Below, one piece after another: positions 36,081 through 48,431 of a DNA stretch of 64,000 nt. Made by a program: the position numbers and the translations under genes. The notes under the pieces are model-generated. The model saw nothing but the letters and a program-made list of their open reading frames with translations, did not search any database and was not told where the DNA came from. The stretch is from Elsinoe ampelina (lineage: Eukaryota): contig ML992503.1 in assembly GCA_010093995.1 (NCBI GenBank), positions 1,045,234-1,109,233 of the forward strand. Direction: 5' to 3'. The first letter of the stretch is position 1. The number at the start of each line of letters is the position of its first letter.

Positions 36081-37255
36081 TGGCGTTCCTTAGAACCTGA
36101 GTATGTTTCGAGGTGTGACTGACGACCTGAAAATCTCGGTAAGGACATGCATTCATTGGAAGTTATCAGAGCGACAGCATTCCAAACATATTCACAGACA
36201 TAATATTGCATCATCCGCGTATCAAAATTGTGACAGATGCCTTGGTCAGAAGGAGTGAGACGGACGGATGTGATTCGCCGGAAAAGATAAAATTAGGTGT
36301 GAGGACTCGACAGTGGTAGATGTCGATATGCAGCGCCATTGCCGGGAGCGTTTAATGAGCCTCACCTAGGGCGTTATTACTGGGAGAAGGGCCCACAAGG
36401 CGAACATACGATCTTCATCGCGGCCCGATCATTAAGCTCGGTATCCGCAAAAACAACATTTGTGATTTCTTCTCCCTGCGATTCGATATTTTTCAGACAT
36501 TTCAACGGACCTCGACATCCTACGACACATTCACGACGGACAGAAGGAAATCAAATCTGCTAGATGACTGCGCGCTGAGGGGCGTCACAGTCAGCTTCTC
36601 GGTATGTAAGCAATCTAATCCTCATTCCCCCTTTTCCCGCCCACGGCGATCTTCAGCTTGGCGACAGGAGCTCGCGTGAGATGCATTCGAGGACGCGACA
36701 TGCAGCAAAGAGACGACAGCGGCGACGACAGCGGCGACGGCAGGACGGCAGCATCACCTGGCGAACATTATGCATGCACGGCACTCACAAAAACCCAATT
36801 CAACCCTGTCAAAACAAATTACGATGATGCAACGAGTGGCAGGGCTATCCGGCTGTTCCTGGATTTGTGCGTGTTTTTTGGGCAGAGGGAAAGACGGTCC
36901 TCGCTCCGGCTGGCTGCGGAATCGCGGTCAGTTGAATCATGATCTCAACTGCGCCAAACTTTGCACGTCTCGTCTTCCGCCGGCCTCCTCTCATCGCCGT
37001 CGACAGACATCAACAGCCCTCTTCGAAACAAGGAACTCTGCGACAAGCCGTCGACCTTTGACCACTATTCATCCACGTCGTCTGCTGTCGTCCGCAACAT
37101 CCTCTTCGTCCTCAATCCTGTCACGTCCTCACTTTCTGCTCAGCTGAATTTCGACGACACCGGCCTGCGCCTCCTTTGCGCAGTGTCCGCTTCGTCCTCA
37201 AAATCAACCAACACTAACACCTCTCCCTTCAGACTCCCAATAGACCTCTGAAACG

Positions 37256-39304
37256 ATGCCTATCCGCACAATCAATCCGTTTGCTTCTTCCCCGACTGCT
37301 TTACCGGATCCCCTGAACGAAAAGACGCCGCTCTACACCGTGACCAAACCTATCCCTGCGGAGCCACGCAAGCCGAACAATCGCATCACCCACTTCTTCT
37401 CCGGTACGCCCAAGAACTCGCAGAGGCCAAGGGATCAGGCTTCACTACAGCCGGGACCACGACAATTCCAGAGACCACCCTCGCCATCCATACAGACGCC
37501 AACACTCTCCCTCCCAACCATAAATTTAACTACTGCGACCGGCGAGAAGTCAAAAGTAGAAGAGCGACCCATGACCCTCTTCCAACCCCCGTCTCCCGAA
37601 GAGACACGAAGATTGGCAAAGCAACATGCCGCGTTTGGCCCAATTGGGTCGCAAGAGCATAGATACTCGAGTCAATTCACTGGAGACCACTTTCCAGACC
37701 CGATAGAAGACAGCCCGCCCATGTACTATCTCCTCACCACCTACATCAGCTACCTCATCCTCATCATATTCGGTCACGTTCGCGATTTCTTCGGCAAGCG
37801 TTTTAGACAAGAACGATACAGGCATCTCCAGGAGCGCGATGGCTGGGCTCCTCTAAACAGCGATTTTGATAATTTCTACATCCGGCGCTTACAGTTGCGC
37901 ATCAACGACTGCTTCCGACGACCTGTGACTGGTGTTCCAGGTCGTTTCATCACCTTGCTAGACAGGACTTCTGACGACTTCAATTTGAGCTTCAAATACA
38001 CTGGAACCACGACCGAGACGCTGAACATGAGTTCTTACAACTACCTGGGCTTCGCGCAATCAGAAGGAGAATGCGCCGATCAAGTCGAGACAGCGACCAA
38101 GAAATACGGCACTAGCTTTGCCAGCTCAAGAGGAGACGTCGGCACATCCGAGTTGCATGTCGAGGTCGAGGAATTGACTGCCAGATTCGTTGGCAAGGAA
38201 TCGGCCGTTGTCTTCTCCATGGGGTTCGGCACAAACGCTGCATCCTTCCCTGCCCTCGTCGGAAAGGGTTGCTTGATCATCTCCGACGAACTCAATCACT
38301 CTTCGATCCGCTTCGGCGCTCGTCTCTCCGGCGCTGTAATCGACATGTTCAAGCACAACGACATCAAGGACCTCGAGCGTGTCTTGCGCGAGCGCATCTC
38401 TCAAGGACAGCCCCGCACTCACCGCCCATGGAAGAAGATTCTCGTTGCCGTCGAGGGTCTGTACTCCATGGAGGGGACCATGGTCAACCTCCCTGGCGTA
38501 CTGGCTCTCAAGGACAAATACAAGTTCTACCTTTACGTCGACGAGGCTCACTCTATCGGCGCTCTTGGTCCCAACGGTCGTGGTGTCTGCGACTACTTCG
38601 GCATTGATCCTGCAAACATTGATATTCTAATGGGCACATTCACAAAGTCTTTTGGCGCAAACGGTGGCTATGTCGCTGGCGACAAGGCTCTCATCGATAA
38701 ACTCCGGGCTACCAATGCCGGCAGCATTTTCGGCGAAGCACCATCGGCACCTGTCTTGGTACAAATCGCATCCGCTCTCCGCATCATCAACGGTGAACTT
38801 GTTCCTGGCCAGGGTAAAGAGCGTCTCGAGCGTCTTGCTTTCAACTCTCGCTACCTTCGCCTTGGTCTCAAGCGTCTCGGTTTCATCATCTACGGTCACG
38901 ACGATTCACCCATTATCCCTCTGCTTCTATACAACCCTGCCAAGATTCCTGCCTTCTCCCACGAAATGCTCAAGCGCAAGATTGCTGTTGTTGTGGTCGG
39001 CTACCCGGCCACTCCTCTGATCTCTTCTCGCGCCCGCTTCTGCGTCTCTGCCGCCCACACCAAGGACGATCTGGACAGGCTGCTTGCCGCATGCGATCAA
39101 GCTGGCGAGGTGCTGCAGCTCAAATTCAGCAGCGGTGTCGCTGGGGGCCGTGAGCCAATTCCTGAAGGCAAGACCAACTACGAGGAGGACATTCATCGGC
39201 AGAAGATGGAGAAGGGTGAAAGCATTGACTACTCCCCTCCCCGATGGAGGCTGGAGGACGTCATCAAGCGAGGTGTCCAGGACGTCAAGGCACCTCTCGT
39301 CTGA
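37256..39304 (+). CDS. LCB2: Serine palmitoyltransferase catalytic subunit
   Basis: LNMSSYNYLGFA, SDELNHSS, VEGLYSMEG, DEAHSIG, GTFTKSFG (PLP lysine), VGYPATP, RARFCVSAAH; intronless 682 aa. Confidence 0.96.
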   Translation: MPIRTINPFASSPTALPDPLNEKTPLYTVTKPIPAEPRKPNNRITHFFSGTPKNSQRPRDQASLQPGPRQFQRPPSPSIQTPTLSLPTINLTTATGEKSKVEERPMTLFQPPSPEETRRLAKQHAAFGPIGSQEHRYSSQFTGDHFPDPIEDSPPMYYLLTTYISYLILIIFGHVRDFFGKRFRQERYRHLQERDGWAPLNSDFDNFYIRRLQLRINDCFRRPVTGVPGRFITLLDRTSDDFNLSFKYTGTTTETLNMSSYNYLGFAQSEGECADQVETATKKYGTSFASSRGDVGTSELHVEVEELTARFVGKESAVVFSMGFGTNAASFPALVGKGCLIISDELNHSSIRFGARLSGAVIDMFKHNDIKDLERVLRERISQGQPRTHRPWKKILVAVEGLYSMEGTMVNLPGVLALKDKYKFYLYVDEAHSIGALGPNGRGVCDYFGIDPANIDILMGTFTKSFGANGGYVAGDKALIDKLRATNAGSIFGEAPSAPVLVQIASALRIINGELVPGQGKERLERLAFNSRYLRLGLKRLGFIIYGHDDSPIIPLLLYNPAKIPAFSHEMLKRKIAVVVVGYPATPLISSRARFCVSAAHTKDDLDRLLAACDQAGEVLQLKFSSGVAGGREPIPEGKTNYEEDIHRQKMEKGESIDYSPPRWRLEDVIKRGVQDVKAPLV

Positions 39305-39643
39305 ACAATACAAGCATTTCGAACACGACCCATTGGCACTTGCAAATCGATCATAGACACGACTGTGGGATACATCTATAAGGACACTGGCATTGCATTT
39401 CTGGCGCATCACAGACTTCCCTAGATGAAGGGATTCAGAGCGTGTACAGCGGCTCTTCTTGGTACCTTTGGGACCAGAGGGCATGGTGTAGGAATTGTTC
39501 GTTTCTCTCCGCCGCGCAGGACTGGCGCTGGCTGCTGTTTTCAGTGCAATACATTACACGCCCTGAGGGCTGATAGAGTATACCTTAATGTACATATGAC
39601 TATACCCCTTGTCTAAGCATCCTGTCTCCCTGGGTATCAAGTA

Positions 39644-41161
39644 TCATGCAAAGTCCCTTTCGCACCTCGCGCATATGCCTGCCACTGTATCTATGCCATT
39701 TCTTCCTCCTTGATCTTCGCCTAATGAAGACGAAGTCGATATGAACCCACCACAGCACGAACATCTCCCTCCTCCTCCATCCCCATCCCTCCGTATATCA
39801 AGCTTATCCACCGTTCGTACAACATTGCTCACAACGCCAGGGTAACTTCCTTCCACATCTCTGAAGTAGCTCTCCATAAGCTCGTCAATGCCCATATCCC
39901 GCATCATGCGCTGCCGTTTGCCCTCTCCCCTCGACTCCTCCACGACGAGATTAATAAGCCGTACACCGACACCATCATTCCCATTCTGGGGCCCTCCATC
40001 AGCTCCCCCGTTTCCATCCTCCGCTGTCTTTGCCGGCGTCCTCGCAAGCGACACAAACGTCACCGCGTCCTTCCTCAGCACATCCCTCATGGGAAATGCA
40101 ATTCGGATCTTCGCTTGGCCATCCTGCCCATCCTGCACATCCTGTCCTTCCAGCCCACTCTGCCCACTCTGCCCACTCTGCACATCCTGTCCTTCCAGCC
40201 CACTCTGCCCACTCTGCCCACTCTGCCCATTCCGCCCATCCCTCCTGTTGCCCTGCTCCCCAGACTCCTCCCCTTGCCGCTCAGACAGCGGATAAGCAAT
40301 ATACTCCTCCCCCAGCGCAGCCGACACCCCCCCTCCCCTCCCCTTAGCCACATCCCCCATGACCTTCTCCGCCAACTTCGTCGCCGAATCGCCCCTCAAA
40401 ACCGTCGCGAAGCCTCTCCCCATCGCAAAAGCCAGTACCGCGTTCGAAAGCAGAATCGCGCTGAGATCCTGCCTCGCCGTCGGGGACAATGACGCCGACG
40501 AGAGAAGCGCCACCAGCTGCGCCTTCCTCTCCCTCTCCCTTCCTCCCTGCCCCTCCCTCCCCTCATCCCCCCCAGATCGCACGTCCGGGACCACCCCCCC
40601 CTTCGGCCGCCACACCCCCAGCGCAGAAGACAACGGTGCGGTCTCGAACTCGACACAGGGGTACGCACCCCTCCACTGCCCCATGTCTGGCGGGGAGAGA
40701 AGAGAGACATCGTCCCACACGTGCAGGACGTGGATCGCGTACGCCGCTCTGCCGGAGCGGGCGAGCATGCCGCGGATGTGGGTGGTTAGGATGTGGAGGA
40801 GGGTGGCAGAGGAGGAGCCGAGGGAGAGGGCGAGGAGGAAGCGGGGGGTGGGTGGGGGTGGGGGTTTGGGGTGGTGGGGGGGAGGGGGGTGAGAGGGGGG
40901 GTGAGAGGGGGGGTGAGAGGGGTTTTGAGAGGGAGGTTGGCGGAGGGTGGAGATGCGTTTGATGGGGCGGGTGGAGATGTGGTGGAGGAAGCAGGCACTT
41001 GTCCATGTTAGTGTCATGGTCTGGTTAGGGGGCTTAGCTGGGACTTACTCGCATAGTTTTTGCGTTCGGACATTTTGCGTCGCGTCATGGTCGCCGCAGC
41101 GCTGGCATCGACTTGGTGGAGAGAATCCAGACGCTGCGGCACCTTTACTATCGCCGGTCAT
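39644..41161 (-). CDS. NCS2: Cytoplasmic tRNA 2-thiolation protein 2
   Basis: Exon 1 41049-41161 (CQRC..RTQKLC), intron 40998-41048 (AAG acceptor), exon 2 with degenerate PP-loop LALSLGSSS, GDSATKLA..AKGRG, FPMRDV, YPGVVSNVVRTVDKL and C-terminal CSCC/CARC; many low-complexity insertions. Confidence 0.85.
40121..40230 (-). repeat. Coding minisatellite in NCS2 (9-nt units plus a larger duplicated block)
   Basis: Repeated CCCACTCTG / CCCATCCTG units and duplicated TGCACATCCTGTCCTTCCAGCCCACTCTG; encodes GQSGQSGQSGLEGQDVQSGQSGQSGLEGQDVQDGQDGQ. Confidence 0.9.
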
Positions 41162-41446
41162 GGTTTATAGAAAGCTGTTCATAGAAATGTGCAAATGTAT
41201 CTTGTCGAGTCATCGTTCGATATCAAATGCTTCACTTTGCCACTGCCGAAGTTTGGCCGACCATGTATGGGTGTACCATTGCTAGGAGTATTGGAGCAAG
41301 CGCATTCAGATTAAATCATATTCCCATCATGTCTACTATATGTTGTATGCAAGGATATCTTCGAATCCTCAGAGGTAATGCAGCTCGCACCTGACGAGAC
41401 TCTGCTTTCTCCTGGTCCCCATCATCACATGCATCAAACATTCATC

Positions 41447-43622
41447 TCACTTCCCGTTCTCTCCTTCAGCATCCCTGTTCGGGTTCAACGGCTTCTCCGG
41501 GTCATACCCTAAGCCCTTCACAATCCCTAGTCCTTTCGTCCTCCCTTCTCTGAACAATATTCGATCTCCGACAGCCAAGAACTCCGGTCTTTGCACAAAT
41601 CTAAACGCCACCGTTGCTCTGTCTCCTGTCCGTATATACTCCCGATCAATGTCGATGATTGCACATGTCTGACTCACTGGTCCGACGTGCAACATCGCCT
41701 GGTACTTTGTCTTGATGGTAGTCGCATGACTCAAGATGAGCACCTCCGCAATAAACTCCCTGTAGACAGGCGGCGGCTTGTCGTCGTTCTTCAGCAGTAC
41801 GACCATTCCCTTGCGGACATCCTTTCTCCGTACCTTCTTCAGGGCGAAAGACGCAGATTGACCAGCACTGCATGCAGGGACAGGTATCCGTTTCCGCTCT
41901 ATCGATCGTATCGAGGTCGGGGTGAATTGACCGAGACTGTCTGGTCCGATGAGGACATTATCACCTGCGTGGACCACACCGGATTTGACCACACCTGAGA
42001 CGACGGTGCCTACAAAGGGGACGGAAAAGGTATCGCTGACGTGAAACTCGAAAGGAGCTTCCACGTCGTATTTGCCGTGATGAGGAATGATATTGAGGAA
42101 CATCCGTACCAGATCTAGCGACTGACCAGTAACGTTGGACACCTGAAAGACAGGACATATCCGCTGTGATACAAATTGTGTCTTCATAATGTGTCAGTGG
42201 AGACCCTTTGATGTGGATCATGCTGTACTTACCGCTGTATTGACGCACTCCTCCTTATTCTTGATGAAGATTGGTATTTTCCGTGCTCCAGGAGATTTCA
42301 AGATCTTGGTCAACTGAGTTATAGTTTGCTGAAGAATCTGAGGCGGGCAGATATCGATTTTGGTGATGACAACCATGACCGGCACGTTCAAAGCTAGGGC
42401 AATACCCAGATGTTCTTTACTCATACCAATTAGACCATTGTTCGCCGCAACCATGAGCAAGCAGTAATTCGGCTCACTGCTCAGCAGACCAAAGACTGTA
42501 GTCCGCAAGTACCGCTCGTGTCCAGCAAGATCCGTGAAGCTGATGACTTTGGCCTAGTCCTGTCAGCTCTACACCCCCCTCGACCTATCATGCCACCTAC
42601 AGATCTATTCCCAATCTCTTCCCAACTCAACTTCCTCCCCGGGACCTCACTCGTAACCATATCCCCCTTTGTATCAAACCCCATAATCTCCATCCCCACA
42701 CTACTCGTCCTCCCCGACTCAATCTCATGCTTATGCCTAAACAAATTAACTCTCGCCTTCCCCCTCCCATCATCCAACCCCCCCTTCACCAACACCCCCA
42801 ACATCGTACTCTTCCCCGCATCCACATTCCCCACCACCGCGATCCTCGTCTCAATCACATCATCAATCCCCCCGGGCCTCCGCCTAACCATGACCTTCCC
42901 ACTACACCCACCCCTACTCTTCTTCCCCTCCCCCTCCCCCGCCCCCCCCCCCCCCCCCCCACCCCCCCCCCTCGTCAACAAAACCCTCACCTCGGCCCCC
43001 AACACCGCCGCGACATCCCTCACCCTCCCCAACGCAAACTCCCACTCGCCCACCCCAAACCCCATCGACTCCCCACTATCCTCGACCCCCAAATCCAACA
43101 CCGCCTCCCCGTGGCCCTCTTCCAACCTCTCATTGACCACCCCCTGCAGCAAACTCACACTCTCATCCTGATCCTTCCCCTTGTCCAAAAGCAGACTCTT
43201 CAGCTTCGTCGGCGCGACCTCGTCGCTCAACCCCAGCGTGTCCAAAATGTCCAACTCGGCGTGGTCCGCCACGCTCCGCGAGCCGCTCAGCGTGACGTAC
43301 GCGCTGTCCTTGTCCGCGCCGTCGAGCGATTTTTTGTTGGCCGCGTGTTTGGTGGTGGTGGTGGTGGTGGTGCCGGCGGGAGCGAAGGTCGTCGCGCCGC
43401 CGCCCAGGGGCACGCGCCGGCTGGCTTGTTGCCGTTGGACGTAGTCTGCGAAGTCGGAGAGGGCCTGGGGAGGGGGAAGGACGGTCAGTCGGGGAACTTG
43501 TGAGGTGGGGGGAGAGGGGCGGGGGAAGGAATGGGGGGAGAGCGGGCGGGGGAACGTACGGTTTCGCCTGCTCGTCGTTCGGCGGCGGTTTGCTTGTTGT
43601 AGCGATCTGCTCGGGTGGCCAT
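41447..43622 (-). CDS. GTP-binding protein 1-like translational GTPase (GTPBP1/2, eEF1A-related)
   Basis: Exons 43560-43622, 42601-43464 ([24 protein letters not shown]), 42233-42553 ([12 protein letters not shown]), 41447-42181 (VSNVTG; domains [15 protein letters not shown]). Confidence 0.92.
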
Positions 43623-44235
43623 TTTGGGTGGACAGCGTCGTGGCGGGGCAGATCAGAGCTTCAGGGTGCTTGCTCTGGTGATGGGTTGTCGTTCGGAGAT
43701 TCTATATTCGATATGCGGCGTCCATTGTATTGTGAGTAGTGATCGATAGAGGTGAGGTGAGGTGCGCAGAGATCTGGTTTATCAAAGAGGGTCCGAGATC
43801 CGAGTCACTGGTGGAGTGACTGGGTGGAGTACGGAAGGTCGCAGCGCGGGGGAAGAGGCAAAGCAAAGGCCAACGGAGCACTTCAGACTCATGACCTCAC
43901 CTTTGTAAGTTACGTGCACAAATGTGAGCAATCATTGGTCGACATGTTCACCTTACCATAAGGTTTATGGCCCGCGGTGACTACTTTGGCACAATCGGTA
44001 TAGTGAATCATGCATTTTGTTTCTAATTACTGAAGACTAGGAAAATCCATCCACTCGACGACTGCCCATTACCTTCCCCAACCAGTTTACCATGCCCGAG
44101 TCGAGAGACAGTTGCCCATCTTCGAATCCGCTTTAGTGGTATCACGAACGAGACAAAATCAATCCGAATCGCATATCCTCATGTACGTCAAACCCAGTAC
44201 CCTGACTCATTCCTTGCTTTTGCCAGAATCAACGC

Positions 44236-47095
44236 TTAGTAACCTGACTGACCAGGGGCGTTGGCGTTGCCATTGGTGAACCCAGCAGTCTCGGGCTGCT
44301 TGAAGGCCTGGTCGACCTGGTTGCCGAAGCCTGATGCGGGAGTCTGACCCTGGTTGCCGAAGCCTGAGCCTTGACCCTGGTTGGTAGGGGCCGTGTTGCT
44401 GATACCAGAACCGGTAGGAGGGTGGATCCCGGCATTGCCGGCGTCGCGAACGCCTCCCTGGTTAACACCGTGAGGCTTGCGAGAGATCTGTGGGAGCTTT
44501 GGAAGGCTGGAAGACTCCTTGGCAGAGCCGATGCTGAACACAGGTGATTCCCACTTATCGCCCTTGGCGGCGAGGTCCTTGTACTCGGTAGCCTTTGTAC
44601 TGATGCCACCTGGAAGCTTGATGTTGGGGAAGATGGAGTCGTGCTGAGTGACGGCCATCTTGACCTGCTTGTCGGCAGTGACCTCGTCCTTCTTCTGCTT
44701 GGCGGAAGTCATGCGCTGCTGGAAGGCAGAGGCGTAACGCTGGTAGACATTCTGAGCGTGCTCTGGGTCGGGATTGTTCTTGAGGTCGGCCTTGGTCTTT
44801 TCAGCCTCCTGGTGGACGGCGTAGAGAATTTGGTCGAGCTGCTGAATGTTGTCGCGGACCTGCTTCTCAACAGCCTTCTGAACGACAGGGTTCATGACCT
44901 TGAGGAGAAGAGGCTTGAACAGCTTGAAGAGCAGCTTGTGGTTGGACTGCTTGAGAACAATGTTCATGTTCTTGACGCTGACGTCAACCTTATTGACCTT
45001 GAAGAAGTGGCTCTTGTCCTTCTCGTCAGCAGTCTCCATGGCGACCTTGAAGGAAAGACCCTCGCCACCGAGGATGACATCCATGACACCCTTGTCGGTG
45101 ACACCTGGGAAGCCCTCCTTACGCTTGACGTAGTAGCTGACATCCCTCAAGTCGCACTGCACACCAGAGACGGCAAGCATGACCTTGTTCTTGTTCTTGT
45201 TGGAGATCTTCTTGCGTCCCCAGCGCCAGTAGTTGTCGCTGCCGAATTCGAGAACATTGGGGGCAAGGTTGTCGCCCTCCAAGACCAAGTTCTCGACGAC
45301 GAGGTCGATCATGCTATCCTTGTACTCAATGCGAGGAATGGGAACGTAGCGGATGTTCTCAAAGAAGGCGGGCAGGATGACATCAGTAAGATCCTTGACC
45401 AAGTGTGGCTTGAACTTGGGCTGTCCGTTCTCATCGTTGCCAAGGTCGAGGAAGAGCTTGTTCATGGACTCGCCGAAAGCCTTGTTCTGGGGATCCTTGT
45501 CGAATTGGTCGACGTAGAACTTGAGCTCGTCAAGGACGCGATCGGTGTGGTTTCGGTAACGCTCGCGAAGAAGGAAGTTGCCCTGGTCGTAGAGCTGGTT
45601 CCACTCGTCATTAGCGGCGTCTTGAAGGACAAATCCTTGCTCCTGAAGGCAGCGACGGATGTAAGTATCGATCTTCTTGAACCAATCCTTGAGCTCAGGG
45701 TCGCGGTCCGCATCACGGTAGATTTGGTTGATCGAGTCGAATACATCATCGAGAGATGTGCTGTTGGCAAAGCGCTCGATGATAGTCTTGAGATCAATCA
45801 GCATTGGTTTTAGCTGCTTGTTTGCAAAATCTAAACGCACCTTCAGGTCAGTCTCGGCTCTCTGGAGGCTATTGTCAGTGTGGGCACCTTTAACAGTCCC
45901 GGCGGACTGGTCAGCGACGTTGCGGCCATGACTGGCGTATTCCTCGGCGAGTCTGAGGAGAGTCTCAATGGCTTGTTGGTCTGTTGGTGGTCAGTATGTC
46001 GGTCGTAGTTGTGTCGGAGGTATTCATACAATCCTGATGTCCTTGGATCTCTGCAACCATCTTCTTGAGACGCCAGATGGTCTGCTCACGACGCTCTTGA
46101 GGCATCTTGCCCTTCATATAGTTCTGAGTCCTCTCGCGGTACTCGCGGGCACGATTCTTGGTGTCCTCGGAGACATTGTCGTCAATTGTGCCCTTGAGGT
46201 TCTCGGTAGCAGTGTTGACCCCAGCGGTGCCGCTGACCTGACCATCTGGTTGCTGAGCAGTATCAGCACCCTGGCTGGCAGCGCGCTTGGCGTCGTCCTT
46301 CTGGAAAGGCTTGCGGTCGTCCCACTGCTTGCGGAGGTTATCCTTGGACATGTCTGGGACATCGTGCCAAGTGTTGTCCTCGGCGGGGCGGTCGATCTGT
46401 GCGAGGTCATCCTCATTGGGGTTCACCTTGGTGGCGGCTTTCTGAGCAGCATCACCAGCGATATCGCGGAGGAGAGTGGTGGCGTCCTTGACTGTAGATT
46501 TGTTAGGCTTGCTCTGGTTGAATGTATTGACGAGACTTACGAAGCTTCCTGAACTGGCCGTTGCTGATGAGAAGCGTCCCAAGAGTGCGGAGACCCTCAA
46601 GAGCCTGGTCACCGTGCTGCTTCGCAGTGTCCTTATCTATAGGAGCATTTGGGACCTTTGCGTCGCCACCAGAGATCTGTTGAGTCTGCCAGATGAAGTC
46701 TTGGATGAGGTTGCCCTCGTTCTTGGTGAGAAGGAGGACCTTTGCCTGCTCAATAACATCGCGAAGGTCGCCAACGAGCTTTTGACCTTCTGGTGAGAGC
46801 TTCTTTGATGGGGAGCTGAGGGCGGACTTTGCGAGGACGCTGTTGAGAGCTACGTCAATCTGCTTGTTCTGTGGGGAATTGTCAACATATTGTGGATGTT
46901 GTGTTAACCTAAGCTCATCTCACCGATGGAACCTTGCCGTTCGCGAAGGCTGTGATATCACTGTCAGTCGCTGCATGGCCGCGGACATTTATCAGCAAAC
47001 TCACCAGAGTAGATGCCATAAAGTTGCAGCTTTGCATTGACATCCTGCTCCTTGATCTTCTGGTTGGTGGGTACGTTGACTGCGGCACCGGTCAT
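44236..47095 (-). CDS. Conserved fungal DUF4449-like protein with a BPI/TULIP-like C-terminal region
   Basis: Exons 47005-47095 (VNVPTNQKIKEQDVNAKLQLYGI), 46924-46949 (FANGKVPS), 46541-46868, 46030-46491, 44236-45980 (YVPIPRIEY..DLVVENL..); all junctions canonical and in phase. Domain name recalled, not searched. Confidence 0.8.
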
Positions 47096-48431
47096 GATTG
47101 CGGTATTGGTCGATCCTTCACTTGTCGTCTGAAACTAATCGCCGGGCTGTCGCTGGAGTTTTCTGATCGGATGAAATCTGCTGTCGCTAAATGGGGTATC
47201 AATGAACACAAAACAGATGGGTATCGGTAAGTGTCGCGTTGCAGGAATTTTGTCTCTCAGGTCGTAAACTCGTTTTGGGTATAATTCTTGATGGGCTGAT
47301 CAAAAAAAAAAAGCTTTGTTGTGAGGGAGGGAAGAGCGAGCCAGGCTGTTGTCGGGGCAGGGACGGGATATATCGAGGGACACAAGGCAGGCTTTTTCGC
47401 ATGCGTTTGATTCTCTCTCACAGTGATTTCAGCGCTGTCTTTCCCACTTGACAACAGTGACGCGTGTGAACCTTGTGAACCTTGGAGCGGGACAGGGCAC
47501 AGACACTGCGAGCTCTGCAGTCGTCGCAGAAATGGCCTATTCCGTCTCTGGTCGTTGCTAGTCGCAAGCAACCTGCCGCCAGGAAGCAGGAAGCTATGGC
47601 CATGACCCGATCACGATGACGTCGCGGCGTCGATCCCGTTGATGGTGCGCCACAGCTTGTCTTCCTTTGCTCGTGCTCTCATCGATCAAATGCCACAGAA
47701 TTGGCTGTTTGCAGCGATCTCGTCTCCACAGAGAAGCTGATCTGCGGGAGGAAAGACGGTTTGGTACCAGCACGTAGCCTTTCAGCACGCGTCTTGTATC
47801 GTCATAGTAACATCGTCAATGGCATCCCTCAGAGTTTTTGCTTCTGTTCTGGACGGGCCGTCACGGGCGAGAGATCCGTGACATGTACCTTCGTAGATAC
47901 CTTACACTTGACAATGTCCGGTGAGTGCATTTCTCGACCTCTCCTGCATATGTCTTTGACGAGGAAATCACATTCATTTGCACCTCGATTGCAGTCACAG
48001 CCTTGACTCAGTTTGAGGCGCAAACACCAAGTTGTGGCTTGATCGCATCCTGTTTGGGCAAACAGAGGGGTAACCTAATTTATGATGATCTGCACCGGTC
48101 GACGCATCCTTGCTCGCCCTGGATCCCGCAGGTCAGGTTTCGTGGATCTGGGAGTACGCCAGCGGCGCGCTGGTGGGAGCACAGATCTTTAGGCATGGTA
48201 TGGGATTTGCAAGACAATGTGACTACAGAAAGTGTATGCTTGTGAAAGAGTTGTCATGAGTAAATATTGCCTATATACAATGCTGATGGTAGATCATGTC
48301 TGATCATATTGTACTCCATAACGCCATGCTTTGTTCATGACCCCAATGTCCATCGCTGTGGGTATATTCCAAATCGTCTCAATGTCTGAAGTCGCGAAAG
48401 GAAAAGAACAATCGCAATCGGGTATTCGCTG

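Noticed and set aside
36339..37251. Several ORFs, a GACGACAGCGGC tandem and an intron-like GTATGT..CAG upstream of LCB2
   Set aside because: No coherent gene model and the transcription start is unknown, so uORF or UTR-intron status cannot be supported.
44641..45813. Long antisense ORFs (390 aa here; also 57076-57966, 3484-4119, 42518-43171, 25247-25915)
   Set aside because: They lie opposite well-supported genes with biased codon usage, which suppresses antisense stops; no independent coding features.
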